From the NCBI RefSeq assembly GCF_046119375.1, contig NW_027362767.1, positions 70,866,001 through 70,930,000 on the forward strand: a DNA stretch of 64,000 bases, read 5' to 3'. The position numbers and the translations under genes were made by a program. The notes under the pieces are model-generated. The model was not told the DNA's origin. It saw nothing but the letters and a program-made list of their open reading frames with translations, and ran no database searches. Numbering within the stretch: position 1 is the first letter of the stretch; every line of letters begins with the position of its first letter. Origin of the DNA: Phyllobates terribilis. Lineage: Eukaryota. Shown here in pieces: positions 36,001 to 46,700 of the stretch.

Positions 36001-39000
36001 CCTACACCACGCATTTATTTTGGATCTAAATTTGTCTAGCAAAGGATTAATATTTAGTATTATGTAGTCTATTATGTGTAAATTAATTACTACGCCAAGG
36101 TATTTAAATTTATCTACAACCTGTATTTGAGTTGATGAAATTGAATCCATAGACGGGAGGGGGTCCACTGGTAATAGTGATGATTTTTGCCAGTTAATCT
36201 TTAAGCCAGACCAGCTACCAAACTCCTATTTCCATCATTATTGGTTCTAGTGATGTCTCCATATTTCCCACATATAACATGTCATCAGCGTATAAGCTTA
36301 CTTTCTTTTCTATATCGCTACACCCAAGTCCTACAAAGTTCCACATGTCTCAGTCTACACGCTAATGGCTCTATCGCCAGGGCAAATAATAGGGACAATA
36401 GTGGGCATCCCTGTCACGTGCCTCTATCCAATGCAAATGGGACTGACAGGAGTCCATTAATTTTCAGCCTCGCAGAGGGTGACCTAATACAGTAGTTTAT
36501 CCCAGTTTATAAACTATTGGCCAAACCCCATTTTTTCCAGGACTTTCCACAGATAGTTCCACACTGTCTAATGCCTTTGCGGCATCAAGGGATATTATCG
36601 CTCTGTTCCCCGTCTCGGTGCTACACAGCTACATGACAAGGTATACGCGTCTAATATTAATAGCCGTGGACCTATTAGGCATGAATCCGGATTGGTCTTC
36701 ATGTATCAGTGCCGTGATGACTTTATGAAGCCTGTTGGCCAATATCTTGACCTCAACCAGCAGCAGAGATCGATCTCTAGGAGTCTGGGCACTCAGGGTC
36801 CTTTCCTGGCTTTAGTAACAGAACTACAATTGCTTTGTTCATTGAGGCAGGCAGTCTACCTACCGTTGCAGCTCCCTCTAATACTTTCAGCAATCTAGGA
36901 AGGAGAATCGCTCTATATTCTTTGAAAAATTCACCGGGAAGGTCGTCCGAACCTGGAGCTTTTTCATTCTGAAGTGTGTCCACTGCCTCATCCAGCTCCT
37001 CCACTGATAGTGGTTGATCCAAGTACCTCCTGGCTTCTACTGAGAGATTAGGGAGTTTTACCCTTTCCAAATATGTTTCTATATTTTCCTCCCGTGTTAC
37101 TGATCTAGTGGTGTATACATCTTTAAAATATTGTCTTAGGGTTGATAGGCAGAAATAATTAGGAGTCCAGTGCAGAGAAAGAAAGGGAACAGGGATGAGG
37201 TGAGATTAGCTACAGGATGGAGCTCTTTATTCTGGGGGCTAAGAGGAGGCTATTTATTCTGGAATGGGATTGTTTATAAAGGGGCATGATAGGAGCGGTA
37301 TACTGCAGGAGGAGGCTGTACATAGAGGGGAATCAGAGGTGCAATATAATGTAGGAGGAGGATGTACACAGAGGGGAATCAGAGAAGCAATATACTGCAG
37401 GAGGAGGCTGTACATAGAGGGGAAAGCAGAGTAGTGATGTTCTGAAAGACAAATCTATATATACAGGGACAGAGTTGTGATGTACTGCAGGATGGTATCA
37501 TATTCAGAAAATCTGAGAGGAGCGAAGTTCTGCAGGGTGGGTTATATGTAAAGGGTCTGAGAGCAACCAAGCACTAAACGATGGCTGCTGTATTTGGTGC
37601 TATGTACTGCAGGTTAGTACCGTATACTGAGGGGCAAAGAGGAGCGAAGTTCTGCAAGATGGTACAGTATATAGAGGGGCTGAGAGGAGCAATGTACTGC
37701 AGGATGGGATTGTATGTACAGAGGCTGAGAGGAACGAAACACTGCAGGATAGTACTGTATACAGAAAGGAGCCATGTACTGCAGGATGGTATATTATATA
37801 CTCAGGGATAAAGGGCAGCAATTTACTACAAGATGGAGCTGTACATAGAGGGGCTGAGAGGAGCGATGTACTGCAGGATAGGTCTGACTTCCAAAAGGGG
37901 ACAGTGGCAACTGAACAAGGGAGACTATGGCTGTATTGGTACCACAATCTCATTCTACAACACAGTTGCAGATCCACAGATAATGTGCGGAGGCACAGAG
38001 ATGCCAGGGCTGCATTGGCTCAGATATCACAGAGGAAGAATTATGGGAGCGAGGTGATGGGAGGTAAAGACCAACGATTGCCCATTACTGGGATGTCAAC
38101 AAAAGTTAGAGCTGTTTAGCTGCATAAAATGATTTTCTGACTATATAAATTAGTTGGCGAGAATTGATTTGCAAGTGCCGTTACATCGGCCACAACAATG
38201 GTCTGTGGCTGTTGTACAGGGGTGGGAATATCGCCGCTTACCTGCCAACATCCATGACTCTGCTTTTGATTAGCCGGCCTGGTGCAAAATCTTTGTGGTG
38301 TGATGCAGATGTGACGTCGCTCCAGGCCGGCTAATCAAAAGGAGCGTGTGGAAGCCGGCAGGAAAGAGGTGGTGCATGATGTGGCTATAATTGTTCTGAT
38401 CTCTTTACAGAAAAATGCACAATATAAGGATGATATCAGCGCCATCATAGGAGAATCACAAAACCACTTATCAGCTGCAGATCACCTAGAGAAAGAGCAG
38501 GCGTCTCTTATTGGTAAGTTCAGGATTAGAGATGGGTGAACCCGACCAGTAATGTTTGGCTTTCATACTGGACAGTTACCACAGTGGTCAGGTCAGGAGA
38601 CCGGCGGCCGGTCCGTGCTGGGACCAGGACACATGGATGTGTGAATCCAGCCTTAGCCTGACTGATATATCTTTTCAGATCATCTGCATGAAGGCTGGGA
38701 CCAAGACATCCTTGTCTGCAGTGTAAGTACGTCTTGCAGATTTTTGATTCCTATGCACTAATCATAAAATCAAGTCAATAGACATAAGTGATTCACTTTA
38801 CTGATATTCTGGCCTTATCTGCTAATAAATACCATTAGCAAGAATCCTTCTAGAACTCCTTTCTTTACTTTTTTTTTCCTTCCCTTTTTAAAAGAGACAA
38901 AATTACCATATATACTCAAGTATAAGCCGACCCGAATCTAAGCCGAGGCCCCCAATTACTATAAAAAACTGGGAAAACTTATTGACTTGAGGCTAAACCT

Positions 39001-42000
39001 AGGGTGGGAAATGCAGCAGCTACTGGTAAATTTCCCCATCCTGGTATGCATGGCACCCTTCATCCCCCAATCCTGGTAAACATGGCCCCCCCATCACTGC
39101 ACACATGAAAAAAAAATAAACACCCCTACTCAACTCCCTCCCCGCTGTGTCCTGTCAGTAGCTCATGTCGGCATCTGAGCAGCGCATGACATCACTGCTA
39201 TGCACCCTCAGACGCCGAGGTGAGCAGCAGGTATATTCACTCCTCTCCACGCCGGGACTATGCATGTGGAGAGGGGTGAATATTCACTCTCCTTAATAGA
39301 GCAGTGTGAGTAGCAGTTGCCGCTTCATGCTGCAGCTCTGCGATCACATGTGCCGCTACTAAAGAGAATTAATATTCACCTCTCTCCACGCCCATGGGAG
39401 TGGAGAAGAATGAATATTCATTCTCTCTAAGAGCAGGCACAGAGAATCACGGAGCCACAGCAGGAAGCCGGCGGCTGCGAGTCACACTGTGGTATTAAGG
39501 AGAATGAATATTCACCCCTCTTCATTCCCATGGGCATGGAGAGGGGTGAATATTAATTTCCCTTTAGCAGCGGGCACACGTGGTAGCTGCAGCAACGGCT
39601 AGTGCCTGTGCCCGCTCCTCCGCCGCAACCCCCCCCCCCACCGGTATATACTATAAATAGGAGTGTGTATATATTAAAGGGGGCTTTTTCAGCATAAAAA
39701 ATGTTCTGAAAAAGTCAGCTTATACTAGATTATATACGGTATTTTTTTTTGTCAACATTGTTGTTTGGGTTTCGCAACAATATGACCTGGTAGATTGAAA
39801 GATTGCAGCAAGACTAAATTTGCTTTGTTGCCATTTTCGGAGATCCGTAACACTTGACATTTTTCCATAAATAGAACTGCGTGAGGTTTATTTTATTTTT
39901 TTGGCAGGGCGAACTGTAATTGAGAGAGAGAGAGATATATATATATATATATATATCTATATCTCTAATAGGTCGGCACCACTAGTAAATACAATCTAAT
40001 AGAGTAACCTATGGCTATTAAATATTACTGTTTTACGTCCTGAGTCTGTTATAACATAGCCACATGTAATGCTCAACAGAAGACAGGCAATTATAAAAAA
40101 TAAGAAGAGAGGAAAAAAAACTGTAGCACTCACCCTGTGGCTAAAAAAAATTATCCCTTTATTACATACTGGGAGGAGGATACAGACAGACAAAAAAAGA
40201 GCGATGGTAATCTCCCACTGCTAAGCACTCTTAGAGCCTGGATGAAGCGATTGGATATGCGAAACGGCCATTGCTCTTTTTTCTCTGTATCCTCCGCCCG
40301 GTATGTAATGAAGGGATACGTTTTTAGCTACAGGGTGAGGTGCCACATTATTCGGGTCCTATTTTTATTTTTTTTTTTTACAGTGTTTTAACATGCAGGA
40401 TAAAAATATTTAAACATTTTGAACTTTAAAAAACAGATCAGGTTTTTTTTCCACAAATGGGGGAAAAAGGACAATTTTTATATTTTATTTATTTTTTGTG
40501 CCCCTAGAGAACTTGAGACTATTCAGTCACTGGTACCATACACTGTAATAGTTCTGTACATTGTATTGTAAATTAAACAATCTTCTACATAAGAGCATAG
40601 AATCATAGAATCATAGAATGGTAGAGTTGGAAGGGACCTCCTGGGTCATCTGGTCCAACCCCCTGCTCAAAGCAGGATTCACTAGATCATCTCAGACAGA
40701 TGTCTGTCCAGCCTCTGTTTGAAGACGTCCATTGAAGGGGAACTCACCACCTCTCGTGGCAGCCTGTTCCACTCATTAATCACCCTGTCAAAAAGTTTTT
40801 TCTAATATCTAATCTGTGTCTCCTCCCATTTAGTTTCATCCCATTGCTTCTAGTCTTTCCTTGTGCAAATGAGAATAAAGATGATCCTTCTACAATGTGA
40901 CAGCCCTTGACATATTTGTAGACAGCTATTAAGTCTCCTCTCAGTCTTCTTTTTTGCAAGCTAAACATTCCCAAATCCTGCAACCATTCCTCATAGGACA
41001 TGGTTTGCAGACCAGTCACCATTCTGGTCGCTCTTCTCTGAACTTGCTCCAGTTTGTCTATGTCTTTTTTAAAATGTGGTGCCCAAAACTGTACACAGTA
41101 TTCCAGATGAGGTCTGACCAAAGAGGAGTAAAGACCGATAATGACTTCACGTGATCTAGACTGTATGCTTCTGTTAATACATCCCAGAATTGTATTTGCC
41201 TTCTTTGCTGCTGCATCACACTGTTGACTCATGTTCAGTCTATGATCTATTAGTATACCTAAGTCTTTTTCACATGTACTGTTGCTTAGCTCTATTCCTC
41301 CCATTCTGTATATGCTTTTTTCATTTTTATTGCCCAGATGTAGTACTTTGCATTTTTCCCTGTTAAAAACCATTCTGTTGGTTGCTGCCCACTGCTCCAG
41401 TTTATTTAGGTCTTTTTGAATCCTCTCTCTCTCTTCTCTAGTATTAGCTATCCCTCCTAGCTTTGTGTCATCAGCAAATTTAATCAGTTTACCCTCAATT
41501 CCTTCATCTAAATCATTGATAAAGATGTTGAACAATACAGGTCCCAGGACGGAGCCCTGTGGTACCCCACTTGAGACATTCATCCAGCTGGATGTGAAGC
41601 CATTTACAACCACCCTTTGAGTCCGATCACTAAGCCAGTTATGAATCCACCTAACAGTTGCCTGGTCCATTGCATACTTGGTCATTTTTTCAATAAGGAT
41701 GGTGTGAGATACTTTGTCAAATGCTTTGCTGAAGTCAAGATATACTATATCTACAGCATTTCCCTGATCCACCCAGTCAGTGATTCTGTCATAGAAGGAA
41801 ATTAAGTTAGTCTGACATGACTTGTTAGTTACAAACCCATGCTGACTCTGGTTAATCACTTCATTCTTATCCATGTACTTACATACATGTTGTTTAATAA
41901 TTTGTTCAAAGATCTTTCCTGGTATAGAAGTCAGACTCACCGGCCTATAGTTCCCTGGGTCCACCTTCTTCCCCTTTTTGAAGATAGGAACAACATTTGC

Positions 42001-42951
42001 TCTTCTCCAGTCTTCTGGGACTTCTCCTGTTCTCCAAGAATTTTCAAAGATTATGGAGAGTGGTTCTAAAATTTCTTCTACAATCTCCTTCAGTACTCTG
42101 GGGTGTAATTCATCTGGACCTGGAGACTTGAACTCATTTATGTTAGCTAAATATTCCCTCACAATCTTTCTGTTTACTGATAACTTGGATTCCTCTATTC
42201 CTTTAAAAGGACAGTGAAGATCAGTTGCTGTTACATTTTCTTTCTGAGAGAAAACAGATGCAAAATAGGAATTAAAAAGTTCGGCCTTCTCAACATCCTC
42301 TCTTACCTCTCAGCACAATGATGGGAGACACGAGGGGGCCTTTTAATAGGGTCCGGCTGTTAATGGGGTTGTCTATTGGAGGCGAGTGCCGTTACCTCCT
42401 TACACCTGCCAATACATGCGGACGATCAGCAGTTCTTGTGCATGTGTCTTGTTAAATAACATAGGACATGTGCACACTATCTATTGATGGTGCACTCTGT
42501 ATGGCAGGTGTAGGGGATTATCGGCACCGCTCAATCCCTCTACGGAAGTGACGAGTACTAGACAATCCTTTTACATCATGCTTTCTTCTGTGTATACAGC
42601 TCACACCATTCTGGTAACATGTGCAGGTAACGCTGTCATTTCAGGACTTTTCGGAGAGAGATCAAGAGATCCTAGACGCCATCACCGACCTTTTAAGAAA
42701 AATTAGCAACAGGGAGGAGAAGGTCGGACACCTGAATAATGTACTGCATGAGAAAGTCACTGGACTTTCTTCTCTATTAGAAAGCAAAGCAGGTCTGCAA
42801 CTTTGTAGGATATAGAAAATATTTTTTAGAAACCAAATACTCATAAAAGATTTCAGCAACCAATAAATTTAGTATTTTTTTCTCTTTGATTTCAGGAAAA
42901 AAGGCAACAATGTCTTCCAACTCACTGGGAAAAACTACACCCTTTCCTTGA
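9357..42951 (+). CDS. CCDC175: Coiled-coil domain-containing protein 175 (20 coding exons, 752 aa)
   Basis: Exons: 9357-9426, 12784-12869, 13988-14099, 15720-15855, 16666-16894, 17465-17587, 18174-18283, 18797-18878, 23039-23175, 23279-23389, 23465-23536, 23680-23815, 27686-27817, 30075-30213, 30557-30636, 31836-31988, 38411-38513, 38679-38722, 42645-42792, 42896-42951. All introns are GT-AG, phases are compatible, and the total is 2259 nt with no internal stop. The protein is E/K/L-rich coiled coil ([31 protein letters not shown]...). The name rests on recalled similarity and tail-to-tail synteny with JKAMP; exon 1 assignment is the least certain. Confidence 0.82.
9589..10761 (+). repeat. 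Minisatellite, ~58-61-bp unit, ~19-20 copies, CCDC175 intron 1
   Basis: Unit cactgcgcccccataacagtgcccccccacagcctgcctgacatatactgccctgctgtat; it explains the repetitive ORFs at 9492-10356. Confidence 0.95.
10884..12224 (+). mobile_element. Tc1-like transposon, internally deleted and frameshifted
   Basis: TA-flanked ~200-bp TIRs (caagtgcttctcacaaaattagaatatcatc / gatgatatcgtaattttgtgagaagcagcag). Transposase pieces at 11157-11696 (FSDESKF) and 11612-11950; the QQD...NPIE segment is deleted. Confidence 0.9.
15313..15635. mobile_element. TTAA-targeting (T2/Kolobok-like) MITE
   Basis: TTAA|AGGGGTTGTG...ACAGCCCCT|TTAG termini with internal mirrored gataacttg/caagttatc motifs. Related fragments occur elsewhere, e.g. 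~2213, ~28120, ~46990. Confidence 0.6.
19854..20856 (+). repeat. G-rich minisatellite, 29-bp main unit plus 18-bp and 11-bp sub-units, CCDC175 intron 8
   Basis: ggtggctggtgaagc(g/a)ggggtgga(c/a)cagc repeated; source of the 468-aa minus-strand pseudo-ORF. Confidence 0.95.
22366..22945. mobile_element. Solo LTR (~580 bp), same family as 55875-57495
   Basis: Shares aaacactagggaaagggggagtggagacccctaggcagatct and the ...ccaagcgcagtgac...gacac(a)ccc.gtgac end with the copy in L3HYPDH intron 3. Confidence 0.7.
23586..23621 (+). repeat. (TTA)n microsatellite
   Basis: Direct tract in CCDC175 intron 11. Confidence 0.9.
24352..24426 (+). repeat. (TG)n/(TA)n microsatellite flanking the transposon insertion site
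   Basis: Direct tract immediately left of the Intruder-type TIR. Confidence 0.9.
24427..26056 (+). mobile_element. Full-length DD38E (Intruder-type) Tc1 transposon with ~268-bp TIRs, CCDC175 intron 12
   Basis: Left TIR 24427-24694 and right TIR 25789-26056 are reverse complements of each other; transposase ORF at 24850-25893. Confidence 0.93.
24850..25893 (+). CDS. Tc1-like transposase, 347 aa, second catalytic Asp changed to Ala (QQAND); likely inactive
   Basis: Highly similar to the 227-1279 protein. The N-terminus MQIL is created by a 28-bp inversion, and GAC is changed to GCC at the catalytic D. Confidence 0.8.
   Translation: MQILSKEKRVAIITLRNEGQSVRKIGQTLKVSPSAVAETIKRYKETGSHEDRPRKGRPRVTSASEDKFIRVTSLRNRRLTAAQIRDQVNATQSSSSRHISSTTVKRRLCAAGLLGKIAARKPLLRTGNKQKRLVWAKEHKEWTLDQWKSVLWSDESKFEIFGSNHRVFVRHRKGEWMDSTCLVPTVKHGGGGVMVWGGFAGDTVGDLFKIEGILNQHGYHSILQRHAVPSGLRLVGPSFIFQQANDPKHTSSLCKGYLTKKESDGVLCQMTWPPQSPDLNPIEMVWGELDRRVKAKGPTSAKHLWERLQDCWKTISGDYLLKLIKRMPRVCKAVIKAKGGYFEEPRI
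26595..26638 (-). ncRNA. Minimal type-I hammerhead-ribozyme-like motif (Penelope-type), variant core
   Basis: Minus strand reads ACT ATGATTA AG GGCGAG TGA CTCGCC A GAAA CGCG TC GGT: perfect 6-bp stem II, palindromic stem III ACGCGT and a GUC cleavage triplet. Confidence 0.55.
27904..29632 (-). mobile_element. Degenerate Tc1-like transposon (antisense in CCDC175 intron 13) with an internal MITE fragment
   Basis: Long TIRs (gtgaaataagtattgaacacgtcaccagttttctaagtaaata / tatttacttagaaaattggtgacttgttaaatactta). The minus strand encodes a broken MGKTSE...KHTDGIGY...[16 protein letters not shown]...; 3' part disrupted near 28120-28320. Confidence 0.85.
30901..31523 (+). mobile_element. Non-autonomous Helitron
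   Basis: Inserted between A and T; 5' TC (A|TCTACTATAT); 3' hairpin CCCGAT-gcgttcga-ATCGGG at 31493-31512 followed by ...CTAG|T. Confidence 0.8.
32526..33497. mobile_element. Possible solo LTR (~970 bp)
   Basis: TGTAAGGTGCCCC...CCCCACTACTACA termini; no TSD recognised. Confidence 0.4.
33860..37145 (-). mobile_element. 5'-truncated, degenerate L1/Tx1-like LINE (ORF2 RT and C-terminal Cys/His region), interrupted by a MITE
   Basis: Minus-strand fragments [51 protein letters not shown] and HMFWEC; many stops and frameshifts. Confidence 0.85.
34884..35797. mobile_element. MITE with a CpG-rich internal palindrome, inserted in the L1
   Basis: Termini ggctatatgctcacg / tgtgggcacatccc; internal arms at 35268-35377 and 35409-35529. 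Confidence 0.65.
37290..37880 (+). repeat. Degenerate ~40-bp minisatellite
   Basis: Recurrent tactgcagga(t/g)gg...gtacatagaggg...gagaggagc units. Confidence 0.75.
38906..39739. mobile_element. Non-autonomous Tc1/mariner (Tc2/pogo-like) element
   Basis: TA|CC(A)TATATACTCAAGTATAAGCCGA ... TCAGCTTATACTAGATTATATACGG|TA terminal repeats; internal repeated gagaggggtgaatatt units. Confidence 0.7.
40126..40343. mobile_element. Penelope-derived fold-back element containing a degenerate hammerhead motif
   Basis: ~80-bp inverted arms (40126-40207 / 40268-40343) enclose AGAGC CTGGATGA AG...C GAAA CGGCC ATT GCTCT (40233-40277). Confidence 0.5.
40596..42308 (-). mobile_element. 5'-truncated CR1 LINE
   Basis: 3' tail (ATTCTATG)3 at 40596-40619, a CR1-type 3'UTR, RT ORF at 40780-42162, and an upstream [14 protein letters not shown] motif near 42300. 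Confidence 0.95.
40780..42162 (-). pseudogene. CR1 reverse-transcriptase ORF fragment (460 aa open)
   Basis: [29 protein letters not shown] and FADD motifs; no endonuclease domain; small deletion frameshifts the C-terminus after RKNFLT. Confidence 0.9.
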
Positions 42952-43718
42952 AGCAGGTTTTATTTTTTTCTCTACGGGCACATCCAACAAAACTTTTATA
43001 TTACAGAAATCAAATGTATAAAAGAAACAAAATCTCATTCACTTACCTTCATATGTCACAAAACAAACAAGTGAAAAATAAATATCAAAGTTTACAAAGG
43101 TTCAGAAGACACAATATGAAGGATCGGCCTCTGCCCACCATTCCTGAAGAAGGCCGTGCGTTTTATGAGGTTACTTTAAGTACTTCGCTCCTCTATTTTT
43201 GCGCTCTGCAGAATTGGTCATCTACATTTTACTAAAGCCGTTGTCCTCTAACTCCCTGTGAAGTGCCAGCATGCTCCACCAGGCGGGACCGCCATCCCTG
43301 GTAATACTTTAGGTGCATTAGATTTATTATGGTAATTAGGGTACAACTTGGTTTGAGGATGGAAGGTTTTGCCATCTATAGGAAAATGAAGGGAAAAGCT
43401 TTAACAACTTGCTGGTTACTTGCATGTGTTGGAAGGCGCCAGTTATACCAATGAAAATGTGGCCTCCATTAGGACATAAGTGACCAAATGCATAAATTAA
43501 AACGCATAAATCACAAACTAAATGCTCCATCCTGTGAAGGCAACAAGTTTTTTTCGTGTAATTGGCTCCTTGTTAAATCATAGGATAAAGAGTAGCAGAC
43601 AACATGGCTCTCTCCATTGTATTGCCTTTGTCCAGGAATGCTGACTTGTCTCAGTCATCCACCTTTTAGCGCATGGCTTTCAGATTTCAGTTCATTTTCC
43701 TGGGATGTCCGCCCTAGG

Positions 43719-46700
43719 TTAATGTCCACTACCTTCTTCCAGACGTATCCGGGAGGGGTCTGTAAATTTGGCAGTGATCAGGTAGAAGAGAGTAGGCCCC
43801 GGGACCAACGCCAGGAGAGGCAAGTCCCGTTCTAATTTATCCATTCTAGAAATGGAGATAATCCCATAGGCGTGAATTAGCCAGTGGCTGAAGAGGACAA
43901 CCAGTCTTTTCTTCCTCACCAGGAGATCCTTAAAAGTCTACAAAGAAAAATATCAGAACATTAAAAACTAAAAAAATAGAAAAGTAGCACTAGCAAAGAA
44001 TTGGGGATGCCAAGCCTTCTGCAAATATAAAGAATTATTATAATGGAGGCAGAACACAGACTGGGAAAAAAAGGTTGACTTTCATTAGCCAATAGTGCTG
44101 ACGTTCTGGTTCATGATGTGAACCTTTGAAAGGGCTTGAGAAAGGGGTCAGATCGTGAACCAAAAAATTGCCAATATTAAGTCAGCTTTTTTTTTCAATC
44201 ACTATGCTACCTCTATTATTTTCTTATATATATTTTACTCCCTTATATAGCACCATTAATTCCACAGCGCTTCATAGACATCAGCACTGTCCCCATTGGG
44301 GCTCACAATCTAGATTCCCTATCAGTATGTCTTTGGAGTGTGGGAAGAAACCCAGGCAAACGTGGGGAAAACATACAATCTCCTTGCAGATGTTGTCATT
44401 GGTGGTTTATATATCAAGATATCAAACTAAAATATGATCGGTGCTTGTAGGTCAAACACTTGTATTACTGAGAATAAAGGGTTTTGTCACGTAATCCTAA
44501 ATTATCACCTAATCACAGGATAGGTGATGAATGTTTAGGGGCCCTCAACACACATACGGTGGGCCCTGGTGCTCCTGTTGGATTGCAGCAGTAGTCGAGC
44601 GAGCACTGCAGCTCCATTCAAAGTGTATGAAAGATGGAGATATCCGTGCATGTATTCCCATAGACTTAAAATAAAGTGGCAATGAGCATATGCTACCTCA
44701 GCTATAGTAACTGTTTATAGGACTGATGGAAATAGGAGAGCACTGTACTTGGTTTAATCTGGCAGTCCTATAGATAAGAAATGGGGCCGAGGGCAAACAT
44801 ACTCAGCCTCCACTCCACTTGAGATGGGGCTCTACAGAGACCAGTTCCCACAGCCCTGTTAGGATCCTGTGGGTCCCAGTATTCAGTAAGTTATCCCCTA
44901 TTATACTTATAGTAGTAAGAATAAGCAATAAGATTAGGGGTGATCTTTTTCTTCCCTGACATCTGGCAGGCAGCTGCTATACACATTAGATGGGCGGCCA
45001 GTCCCGCCAGCATCAGTGGGTTTGGGTTGACTTACATGGAGTGTGTATAGGAGGCCATTAATCCTGAAAGCTCTCATCTCTGAGATGGTCATAATGACTT
45101 TGTACAAATATACCAAGATCCAATTTGAAGTCGTGACCAGAGAAAAGCTCTTTGTGAACGAGAGAAAGGTAAATGCTAAACTCCAAGACGGCCGAGGAGA
45201 ATAAAAGAGAGAGTGCAGCCATTATCAGCAGCGTAATCACAGCGCGGTCCGCGCGCCCGTCCTTACCTCTATCTCTGATGCAGACATATACACAGCCAGC
45301 GTTATTAGCGACAACACCAGAATGATGTAGGGGAAGGCGTAATCTGGAAAAGAAAGAACGATAAATGATGTATACGTAAGGAGCAGAAGTGACTGAAGCT
45401 ACGTGAACCATGCCGAATTATGTGACTCATATTCCCGCCATACACAAAAGGACATATTGTTCGGTTCTCTACCACAAGAAGCACGGCGGTGTAATACTGT
45501 GTGAATACGGTCATATCGCTGACAATACAGCTCATCACACTAGACGTCTCCTATTAATTGCTCAATGTCAAAAAAGGGCAGTATAGGTTTCACCGCTTAT
45601 AATCCGATATCATGAGGTTCCTCGTCAATGTAGAACGCACCTCATACTTTAAACAGACCTTCACTAACAAAAATCAATTTTGAATCTTTTTTGTAAATGA
45701 GGCTGTAAGTGCACAGAGGGAGGGGCTGAATGCTAGAAGGTATATAGATCATTAACATTATACCCCGCTTACTTCCCCCCAGGGGCTCAATTTATGTCTG
45801 TTCATTGCTAGGATGGCATTGCTAACAGCAGCGCTTAAAGGGAATCGGTCACCAGGTTTTTATGATGTAATCTGAGAGTATCAATATCACAAAACCTGAG
45901 TTTAGAAACAACGCTCAATAGACCAGAGTCTTAATAAATTAATAAAGTGTTACTGTTTGGATATTAAGACTCTGGTCTATTGAGCGTTGTTTCTAAGCTC
46001 AGGTTTTGTGATATTGATATTTATATGGAGTTTAAGTCCACACAGGATACCGTGTGAGTATAATGTTGTTTGTAATCTGATGTGGGGGCAGAGACCCTGA
46101 TTCCAGATATGTCACTTGCTGGGCTGTGCATTTCTGCCGATCAGTGGTGTCGGCTCTGCTACACCTGCAGCAGAGGAAACTGTGATTGTATCGCAACTGC
46201 TGCACCAAATAAACTGACACATCACTGTAATCAGGGTCTCTGTCAGATTTCATAGTAAAAACTTGCGAACAGATTCCTTTTAACAGCGTTCAGTCGAGCC
46301 CATGGGGGTCACATTAGACAGAAAATTGGAGCACTAGCTGGGGAATAGTTCACTAGTGATCTAATTTACATCAAGAGTCAAAGCTGACTTTCCTAGAACT
46401 GGTATATCTATTTGCAGCTGCAAAGCCTATCCAGCAATGTAATACATATTTATTGCCAGCAAAAAGTTCCCTTTTTTTTTTTTTTTTTTTAGCATTTCCT
46501 GTTTTGTTTTCTCAGCGCCTATGCAGACCAATGTGTCTCCATGGCAGCAGACAACAAATCCCATATAGTGTAATCCTGCAATATTCTACATTTGGTAGAT
46601 CAGGACACTGCGCTACATGATTCAACCCATGGAGAAGAGGGACGGGGTCCCCCATATTAGTGGCGGGTCAGCAAGGCTATGGATAGGTGAGACATATTAT

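Noticed and set aside
39945-39990. Possible Helitron stub ((TA)n ... cactagt)
   Set aside because: Too short, and no subterminal hairpin.
43130-43160. cctgaagaaggccg, possible start of another hammerhead in the 3'UTR zone
   Set aside because: The GAAA/stem III half is absent.
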